Shown: piece by piece, positions 53,453 to 63,107 of the stretch
Numbering within the stretch: the stretch's first letter is position 1
Layout: the number at the start of each line of letters is the position of its first letter
Assembly (NCBI GenBank): GCA_918797485.1
Contig: CAKKNE010000001.1
Location: 2,666,001-2,730,000 of the forward strand
Origin: Pelagomonas calceolata
Taxonomy: Eukaryota
Length of the DNA stretch: 64,000 nucleotides
Direction: 5' to 3'
Notes under the pieces: generated by a model
The model's input: only the letters and a program-made list of their open reading frames with translations
Database searches by the model: none
Told to the model about the DNA's origin: nothing
Position numbers and translations under genes: made by a program

Positions 53453-54532
53453 GCAACAACAGCATGATCGAATTCGCTCGCATGTGTGGCTTGAGTCGTA
53501 CGGCTAAAATTCGATGCGTACCAAGGGAGAGGTGCAAATAAATGGCAGCAGCGTATTTTCGAGTCCAGTACTAGTGGAATGTCACCCGGGACCCGCTTGG
53601 ATACCCCGTTTCGCCAAATCAGGATTCGACCCCGCAGTTGTACCTTCGGGAGCAAGCGGAAACGCTCGCTTCGCCAGTAGGTCGAAGTGGCCGTGGCGCG
53701 CGTCGGCGGCGTGCGGCACGCGTAGCACGCGTCTTCGGAACAAGCGAAACCGCAGTGTGGGCAGATGCCCATGCGCGTGGGTGCGAAAGCGATGCTACGA
53801 GCTGACAGAGTCGCCGAGATCATCGGAAACGGTCCCCGCACGGAGCCAAGTTATCTCTGGCGGGCGCTTCCAGTGGAGAAATCGTCCCACACGGGGCGTA
53901 TAGAGGTGCTCGTAAAAAGGTGGTGGTGGCGTTGCGCACATGCGGACTCGTGTTTCTCCCATACCTACTAGCTCGGTGCGCGACGGGCGCGGCGCCTCGG
54001 CGGAAATCACGGCGGCTAGCCGAGTTGGCACCGAAAGGGCGGGGGTTGAGCCAAAAATATCGGAGTATTTGGCGATTTCGCGCACGCACGGGGAAAAGGG
54101 TGCAATTTGGGAATTTAGTCTTTGACCACTTGTAGACCCAAAGGGCAAAACTAACCCGGGCCCACCAGATGGAACGTACGAGGCCCGGCCTTCCGCTCGA
54201 CTGTTCCTTGGTCTGCTCGAGGCCCACGCTCGGCGCCGCGGTCCTGTGTGAAGTTCTCTCCTTCTTGTCTTGTCTCAGTGACGGAGTCGGAGGGCCTTGG
54301 TTTAACTCAGCCAAAGGCCTCCCAGGCTTCTCCCCCCCCCAAATTACCCAAGATATAATAGTCCATTCCTTCAAATTGATCCGAGTCTGGCTCTGTCCTT
54401 CAGCACTCCAGCTCCCGACCGTGACTAAAAAAAAATCCTATAAAGAACTTACATCTATATTTTGCAGTGTAAAACCCTGGCTGCTCTGGTAGCTCAAGCG
54501 CGTGCCAGCGGGACACTCTTCAAGTTGTAAAT

Positions 54533-55033
54533 ATGGGTCGTAGTTCTCTTAACCTTCTTATCCCGGCACGCTTCTTGCTGACCGTGGGTCATCTTGTTTC
54601 TGTTTTAACGATGGTTCATACGCGAAAAGAGAATCTCTCTTCTGCGGTCTCCGCTGATCCCAAGGATGCCCAAAAAGAGGTAGACTTGTGAAGCAGCCCA
54701 GCATCTAATTTATTACTGTAGTTCATGATGGCATATGCAATCTGCCTGGTGTGTTTCGCCGTTGATGTGCTGGGAATTCTTATGGGCACATCCCTATTCT
54801 TCCCCAAGGCAAACCTTCTTCAAATTATCTGCCACTTCGTGGGTAGCTGTTTTATAACATCTATGATTACCCAATCCTGGCAATATCAGTATATCTGGTG
54901 CGATCCGCAATAAAAATGTTTTCACATTCATAGAATGCTTAGGTTTTCTATTGCCACTTGCAACATACCCTGCGCACTCTGTGAAGTTAGCATCCTGATT
55001 GGGACTTTCGCATTAAAAGTTGTTGTCTTCTAG
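54533..55033 (+). CDS. TMEM107: Transmembrane protein 107 (ciliary transition zone)
   Basis: Exons 54533-54679, 54722-54897 and 54943-55033 give 137 aa: MGRSSLNLLIPARFLLTVGHLVSV...R.EN...FAVDVLGILMGTSLF...IICH...W.Y.YIW...CNIPCALCE...FALK. This matches the TMEM107 pattern (LxPxRFL..xHL, GxSxF, W...W, PA..E) and length. Confidence 0.85.
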
Positions 55034-55371
55034 ACCAGTGACGGAGTTAATGCAGTTTCAGGTCCCTATCCGAGTGGCTGATCACGGGCTTGGTCCAACG
55101 AGCGAGATAAAGAGACTACCCAGGCATCTACGAGCGGGCCTGGGTGAGCCTGCCAGTGAGGAGCATTTTATTCAAAAGTACAATTTTAAGTTTTGCTACA
55201 TCGCCTGGCTTGCCGCCGCTTACGCCTGGCTCACAGCGTAAGTGATCTGCGCCGCAATGCTCTGCGGCTAGAGTTAGTTGAGCCTGAGATCAGCGAGTCG
55301 GCGGGGGACACCAGACTAGGATTGCTCCATAGCGAATATAAACATGCCAGTGTGGCCTGGGGGGGAAGCCA

Positions 55372-55756
55372 CTAAGTTGCCATTAACCGGTTAATAACCG
55401 GTAATTTACCTATTATTACCCCTGAAGGGGATCCGGGGTAAATAACCCGCTCAATAACCCGGCGGGTTTTCGACTAAACCCGTTTAGTGAGATTAGCGAA
55501 AGACCCCTCCGGACGAGCGGATGGGCGCAAGCAGCCCGTTGGGCTTTTGGATACGTACAGGTGCGCCAAGGCAAGTACCAAGTCATGTGGCCCGGCGCGG
55601 CTCAGGCCCGCGCCAGTGGCCTGTGAGGCCCCCTCCCCTACCCCTCTATAACTTGAAGATCCTGAGGTAAATATCCCGTACTAACCGGCAATTACCCGGG
55701 TTATTAACCCCGGGCGGCGCCAGGGGTAATACCCCCTCAGGTAAATGGCAACCCAG
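55372..55756. mobile_element. Non-autonomous TIR element (MITE), hAT-like
   Basis: Termini CTAAGTTGCCATT and AATGGCAACCCAG form an imperfect inverted repeat, with inverted subterminal blocks TATTACCCCTG and CCGGGGTWAATAACCCG. A perfect 8-bp flanking duplication GGAAGCCA lies at 55364-55371 and 55757-55764. Confidence 0.8.
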
Positions 55757-56356
55757 GGAAGCCAGACTAGGATAGCCTGAGCTCCATAGCGAATATAAAC
55801 GCACTGGCAGCCTGTAGGTCAGGATTTTCCAGAACAAAGGGCACACAAGTCGATTCCCGTCCCCTAACAAAAATGGGGGTGGGGTCGTCGGGATTTGGCA
55901 AGACTGACGATGTGACTCGACACGCTCTTCTCCGGCCCGAACGGCGCCAGAGCCGCCACTAAGTCATCACCTTTGCTGCAGTACCCTTTGATGCCGCCGC
56001 CAGTCGCGTGCGGTTTTACTCAAAAAGGCTCGGGTGTTGAATGACTCACCATTCTAGCCGTTGAGGGGGAATTGGGGAGCAACCCGCACGCGGGTGGCAT
56101 GATATTGTGCAGCTGCCGCTAAACCTACTAAACGGGGTTTTGACGCTTTTTGGAGCTCTCATCGTCATAAATCATAAAAATATAAATCTTAAAATTCTGA
56201 AATCTACATCATGATTTGGTAAGCTCGGTCGGAACGCGGAGAGCGAGAGAAACGTTTTTACAGGGACGGAAAGGACGAGCGGCGAAGAACAGCGTTCTGA
56301 CGAGCGGCGCATAACAGCTTAAATGCTAGTGGCGCAAAACTCACTAGGGCCTGTGT

Positions 56357-56382
56357 GCCCCGTACCGTTAACGGTACGGGGC
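56357..56382. repeat. Perfect 26-bp palindrome
   Basis: GCCCCGTACCGTTAACGGTACGGGGC equals its own reverse complement. Confidence 0.9.
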
Positions 56383-56741
56383 CCGCCGGCGGGGCATGCA
56401 AAGTTCGGTGCAGTGCGGGCAGCCTCGCGCTGAGAAATCAGCTGCACAGCTGCCCCGGCCCGGGGCCTGGGCCGGCGCAGTGTGCCAGTCACGGCCCGGG
56501 TGCCACCGTGACGTGGACGTCACCGTCACGGTGACGGTGTACTCAGGCTAGTACTCACTGGCAGGCTACTAGTAACTTGAATGCGGCTGTGGGCGTATAA
56601 ATGGACCCGCAATACGAAAAGAATCCCTGACTTCAATATCTATAAGGCTAAAAAGGAATTTCCGGGTGTGTCTAGCCCGACCCGCGGGTGTCTGGTTATT
56701 TCTATCATAAGCTGTCACAGTACCGTACTGTAGGTAGGTAC

Positions 56742-56755
56742 GTGCCTACGGTAGG
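56742..56755 (+). promoter_or_regulatory. Candidate promoter-proximal motif GTGCCTACGGTAGG upstream of SWR1
   Basis: About 44 bp before ATG 56799. The same 14-mer lies about 50 bp before the MFS ATG at 45973. Confidence 0.3.
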
Positions 56756-56798
56756 TGTATCGGCATCGCGATAATCCTCCGGCACAGAAGTGCAAAGC

Positions 56799-59700
56799 AT
56801 GGACGGAGCCAAGAATGACATTTGTAGCGCCTTACTGGAGGCGGGCGGGGGGGCGACGCCTGAAGCTTCTCGGAACGAATGCGTTGTCAGAGTCTTCGAG
56901 CTGCGGAGAATGCTTGAATCGACTGCATGTCAGACGACGGTGGAGCCGATAGAACCTCCATTAGTTCTTGAGACACATCGAGGCTTTCTGCTGAAGGAAA
57001 TGGCATGGATGGCCGCAGACTTCAGGGTAGAAAGCCAGCCACCGGTGTTCTTGTACTTTTCTTTTAGTTGCAGCTAGTTCTTACTTTTAGGGAAGCGACA
57101 CAATATAATGCGAAAGAAACGATCAAAGGTCCTGGCCATCTCAAACTCAACCGATGAACTCTAGCTCAATTATAGGCCGTTGTGCAACACTTCCGAGGGG
57201 CGAGGGGCCGTGCACAGAAACAAGAACGCGAACACCAGGTAAGTCAAAGTTTGCAGGCTAAATTTAGTTCGATCTCATAAACCGTCAGGTATCAAAAAAA
57301 AAGTTGGCCCAGCGGGCATCACGCTTGATTAAAAAGTTCTGGGTAAAAATTGATCGGGTCATTGCGCACAAGCAACGGTTGGCTTGGCAAGCGTCACAAC
57401 GAGCAGCGATGGATAAGCACTTAGTCGAACTTATACGCCAGACGGAACAGTACACTGGAGATCTAGCGGAACGCATGCACGGTGGAGGAGCAAGCAGCTT
57501 TGGTGGGCTAGTGACATCAAAACAAATAGTACCACCACATCGCAGCCAGACTGAACCTATAAATATCCGCACTAGCGGGAAGAGCTCGAGTCTAATGGCA
57601 CAGTTGGAGGCAGCAGACGCGCGTGTGCGAGAGGCAGAGGTCGCTCGACCATATTTACTCGATAGTACTGTCATGTTGAGGCCTTACCAACAGATTGGTC
57701 TTAATTGGCTTGTGTCAATGCATGAGCGACGATTGAACGGCATCCTTGCAGATGAGATGGGGCTCGGCAAAACTTTGCAGACAATAGCCCTCCTGGCACA
57801 TCTTGCGGCTTGTAGAGGTCTATGGGGTCCGCACCTTGTTGTTGTTCCGACTTCGTGCCTCGTGAACTGGGAGCTGGAGCTGAAGAAGTTTTGCCCTGGT
57901 TTCAAAGTGCTCACCTATTATGGTGCAGCTAAGGCCCGCAAACAACTGCGGGTAGGCTGGTCGAAATCATTATCTGTGCATGTTGTAGTGACATCATATC
58001 AACTTGCTGTTCAAGATGCTTCGATCCTCCGCCGCAAGAAATTCTACTATCTCATTCTTGATGAAGCTCATAACATCAAAAACTTTGACAGTCGAAGATG
58101 GCGCACACTTCTTTCATTCCAGGCGCAACGGCGATTGCTACTGACAGGCACACCGTTACAGAATTCGCTAATGGAGCTTTGGTCTTTGATGCATTTCCTA
58201 ATGCCTCATCTATTTCGGTCACGACACGAATTTTCTTACTGGTTTGCAAATCCGCTTCAGTGTGCCATTGAAGGAAATTCCAACATATCTGAGGACCTAG
58301 TTAAGCAGCTCCATTCAATTATGCGTCCATTTGTCTTGCGTCGTCTTAAGAAGGATGTCGCTAAACAATTGCCTCTTAAATTTGAACACGAACTCAAGTG
58401 CCAACTTTCGAGACGTCAGCAGTTACTCTATGAGGAGTTTATGAATCACAGCAAAGGTCGTCGCGTTGCCTCAGGTAAATATGGTATCTGCGGTAGTAGC
58501 TTCGTGTCACTAATGAACATTGTGATGCAGCTGCGAAAGGTGTGCAATCATCCCGATCTATGTGAGCCACGCTCTGTTTTGGCACCTCTTGTTTTGCCAG
58601 GTTTGTCATTTGGAATTCCCCTGATGCTGTCTGGACTTACCTGTTTGCGTGGCATCTCGTGCTGCGTGGAGGATGCCAGGTGCACCTCTTGTATGACCAC
58701 ACTGCCTGCATCGGCATTTCTTGTACTTAGTGAACATTGTTTAGTAAGCTCACCACGGTCCTCTAGCAACTTGCCTATGTCAAGCCACACGTTGACGGGT
58801 AGATTACTTGTCAAAAACACTATTGCTATGATGTTACGCCACACAGCGAGATGCACGCGCGCGCTAGATGCTACACTACCTTCTCATCTTTCATCTTGTA
58901 CACTCCACTTCATCTTACAGGTTTTTGAATCATCTACGCCTCTTGCATTGGCTTGGCAATCTCTCATTCATCCAAATGATAGTAGGCTCCATTCAAATAG
59001 GCAAAGCCTAAAGGCATCAGACACATTGCGAAGACACCTGGAGCATCAAGCTACGGTGAACGCCCGATATTGGAATCTTTTTGACTTACTAAAGCGCTTT
59101 GCATTTGTAGTACCAGCAGCCCTAGCCAGTGCCCCTCTCTTCACATTCAGAGAACAAAACAAAGTTTTGTCTGGGGTGTCTACCAACATTGCTGCTAAAG
59201 TTACCGCCGCCTTCTTGCCAATACGCCACATTACACTCGCATTGCGCGTGTCATTTCCCGATAGGACACTTTTGCAATGGGACTCGGGAAAATTTCATGA
59301 GCTCGCACCATTGTTAAGGCGCTTAAAAATTCAGAAACATCGTTGTTTGATTTTCACTCAGATGTCTAAGATGCTTGATGTGCTACAAGGCTTTCTATGC
59401 TGGCATGGACATAGTTATCTTCGTCTTGATGGCGGCACTTCACCAGATGAACGGCAGCGATTGATGACTCGTTTTAACTCAGACACAGCTGTGTTCTGCT
59501 TTTTGCTCTCGACCCGTTCTGGAGGACTAGGTGTTAATCTTACGGGTGCGGACACCGTCATCTTCTATGATAGCGACTGGAATCCAGCGATGGATGCGCA
59601 GGCTATGGACCGCGCACACCGAATTGGGCAAAGTCGCGATGTCCACATCTATCGACTTGTTTGCACCTCGACAATTGAAGAAAATATCCTCCTCAAAGCT

Positions 59701-61645
59701 CGGCAAAAGCAGAAGCTTGAGCTTATTACTCTCACGGAAGGGAATTTCTGCAGCCAGCTGCTCAACACGGAAGGAGATAATGATCAGAGAAAAGCACCGG
59801 CAAAAGAGGACGACGCCAAGCTCGCAGCTACCATGGCCGAACTTGAAGATGAAATCGACGCCAAATGTGCACGGGAAGCGGCAGCCGAAGCAGCCTCCGA
59901 ATCTCGTGAGTTCGAAGAGCCCTGTACCGAAATTGGAGCGGACAAAGGGGCTGCCTTTGGAGTGGGCGCGGTGGCGCGAGGACCAGAGACTGTGTCATGG
60001 AGAGAACAAATCGGGATGGATATTGGCACATTGACGAGGTCTTTGAGCGCTGTTGAGCGATACGCTATTTTGATCCGCGAGGCTCAAATTTCGAAAGTTC
60101 CTTTAGCGGCTGCAGAAGAATCTTTCTTAGTACCAGCTGAGCGCAGGCTTGTAGCAACGATTAAAAAAAAAGAATGGGAAGGGGGCGCGGGTGCCAAAAC
60201 AACCGAAGGCCTTCAACAGATAGAGGAACACCGTGCTTGTTCAGAAGGTGAACTATCAGCGACTGATTTGTATTTCATCCCTAAAACTAGAGCCGGCACA
60301 TCGTCTAGTGTCCCTGAAAATTCCAACAGGCGGGAATTCCTCGAACGCCGCCAGCTTGCACAGTCAGCCAAGCGCAAGCGCAAGTGCACGGGCGCTGCGT
60401 GGGAAGTTCGCACGGATGCTATTACTGGCAGTCCTTTCTGGTACAATGTAGACACAGCAGAAGCCACTTGGATGAAGCCATTTGTCATTCAGCGTCGCGA
60501 TGCCCGGCGAGGAAGTTGAAATTTGAAGGGTGTCTTTTTAGTTGAGATTTTTTCGTGAAGATAGAGAATTATCATGGTTTATTCTACACAGGCGACGCCT
60601 ATCTGCAGGCGTGCCAGGGTGGGTATAGCCATTGGCCCCGAGAAATTTCGTTCCTCTTCATCGCAATGTGTGAGCCAATTCCCACACGTTTGACTTGCGC
60701 ACTCGTGTGCCAAAATTGGGCCCGCGCCTGCCGCGAGGATAATCTTCTTGTTCGAGTCTTACCTGCGAACAGCCCAACCCCAACCCTGACTCATAGGGAC
60801 CAACAATCTTCACAACCACCTTGTAAACGCCACACCTCACTAAGTTGCGCGTTGAAGTCGGTATTGCCGGGAGAAACTCTTATTCTTGGGCCCGGTCGTT
60901 ACTGGGAGAGATCAAGCCTCTTCATCGACAGCAAAATCCGCATTGTTGGAGATTTAAACATGCCAGAGCGGGTTCTCATTGAGCTCAACAACGCACTGGA
61001 ATGGCGCGGTCGCTCCGGTGCTCTTATTGGTATCACAATCCACCGCTTGCAGTCACGGGGTATCACAAACTCAGCACTTGTTGTTAAAGGTGGTCATCTT
61101 GTTTGTCATCGTGTGGTAGTGGATTGCTCTGGGGCACCTGGCGCTGCGATATCTCTTCACAAAGGTTTGTCTCCTGGCGCTTGCCCATTTGTGTTGTAAC
61201 CCAGAATACTCTAATGCGAGCAGGCGCAAGTTTGCACGTCAGCTGCTCCATTGTGGTGAGTGCCACTGCCGCCGGGGTGTTCGTCTACCCTGGTGCCAAG
61301 GCTACGTTCTCACTATGTGATATTAAGAGCAATAATCACTGTGGTCTCTGTGTGGCACCCAACGCAATTTGCTTTCTCAGCAACTGCAACCTCACAAGAA
61401 ACGGTGTAGCTCAGGTGGCTGTGAGAAGCTTCCCGCGCTTAACTTGACAAGTGCTCATATGATTTGATCAACACGACTCGTAGGCATTTGCCAAATCTGC
61501 TGTTGTCCTCAAACGAGTGCTACTCTCTAGTGATATAACGAGTGCCGCTCTCATTGTTGATCATGATGCTCATGTATTCACAAAGAAGAATATTGTAGAC
61601 AGTGACACTGGCACTCCCAATGATTTTAGGGAGTATAGACATTGA
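56799..61645 (+). CDS. SWR1: SWR1/SRCAP-family SNF2 chromatin-remodelling ATPase with C-terminal WW, F-box-like and beta-helix-like extension
   Basis: HSA-like LLKEMAWMAADFRVERK. ATPase motifs LRPYQQIGLNWL, NGILADEMGLGKT, WGPHLVVVPTS, ILDEAHNIKNF, LLLTGTPLQNSLMELWSLMHFLMP, QLRKVCNHPDL, LIFTQMSKMLD, LSTRSGGLGVNLTGADTVIFYDSDWNPAMD. The main exon ends at about 60493-60514. Downstream exons to TGA 61643-61645 are joined by inferred introns. Confidence 0.88.
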
Positions 61646-63107
61646 AATAAGGCGCCTTCTGCATCGCGTTGCCACACAACAAGGTCTACACACAACAAGG
61701 TTTCAGACTACGTCGCCGGCCATAGCACCGCCAGCACTGTCTTCATTGGGTTTACTGAGTCTAGCACGTGCTCGTTCAATAACGGCATGATAGTAGAAAA
61801 CAGAACTTGAATAAGCCTCAGGCTCAGGAGCTTCTTTTGACGAGGGCAAAAAAGTCACGGTCACGGTGTAGTAAAATTAATCGGCCGGGCCCACCGGGTG
61901 GGGGGTATTCTAGAGGTATATTCCTTGCCACTGGCAGTGCAGTCTAGAAGTCACGGTGCAGTCCTCTGGCCCCTTGATCATCACTCCCCCTTGATCAGTT
62001 GGGGAGGTCCATCAGGGGAGTTTAGCATTTAATCGACCTGTCGGAGCACCATTTGGCGCTCAGTTGGCCCAAGGTTTTTTTATTCCGGCTCAGCCTGTGG
62101 TTCTTAGCTCAGTTGGGGAGGTCCATCAGCCGAAGCTAGCCTAATTACCCTCATCTAGTAGCTTTATCAAACATTTTATCGGCTCGCTGGGCCGGCCGGC
62201 GGCGGCAAGGCTCCCATTTTTGTGCCAAAAAACGGCAATGCGCGCCCGCCCCGCCCGCGCGCGGGAAGGGAGTCTATCGACGCTGACCAGCTAATGAGCG
62301 TGAATTTGGCAGCATCGGCGACCGGGGCGGTCGATCCCGCCCCCGCTTTTTGACGTAAAATGCCACGATCCCAGCTTCTGCGCGCCCCCCAAGGACGCCG
62401 AAGTCTCCTAGGCTAGATCATTACGATACTTGCGGGCCCCGGCCGCGGCCCGGGCGGGCCGGGAAATCATCGGGACCGGGCCTACCCTAGCTCGCCCCTA
62501 GGAAGTTCCCTTCCCCCTTATCCACATACTATCTACATTCAACAGCGCAATTATGACACTTCCTCGCATTACACCACATGAAGTGCTGATCCCTTACGGG
62601 GACCCTCCTATGACCTCAGTCGCCAAACCCGCTGGGATGCCGGCAGTGCCATACTGCCGGCCTACCGTTTTCCACAATACTAGTATGGTCTGGGCACGTA
62701 ACCTGAAACATGACTTCAACGTGAAGTGAAAGTCAACTTCAAAGGAGTTCAAGTTGATTGTTTTGATGGTTTCCGAACCTGCCAGTGGCCGCTGAGCTTA
62801 AAACTCAGCAGCCCGAGGCAGTCGAGGTCACGGTGTAACGTTCCCCGAAATGACACAGGCACACACTTCGGTCCGCGGCACTGACAATCATGATGACTCG
62901 GACTCGGAGGTGCACTGTCCGAGTCAACGTGACACCGGTCGTGCTCGGCTGCTTGCTGCCGCGCACGGCGGCGATGGTTCCCTTGGAACCATCTCGTTTA
63001 CCTAGTTAGCGCCTCGCTCGCCCGCTCCGCGAGCTCGGCGCCATCGGCTCACAAGCAAGATACGTCGCTGTATATCTTATATTGTTTTAATCAAAGCTGT
63101 TGTAAGC

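Noticed and set aside
61970..62130. 21-bp direct repeat TCAGTTGGGGAGGTCCATCAG (61995, 62109) and doubled CCCCTTGATCA
   Set aside because: Real but short, with no TIR or TSD boundaries that I could define, so I did not call an element.
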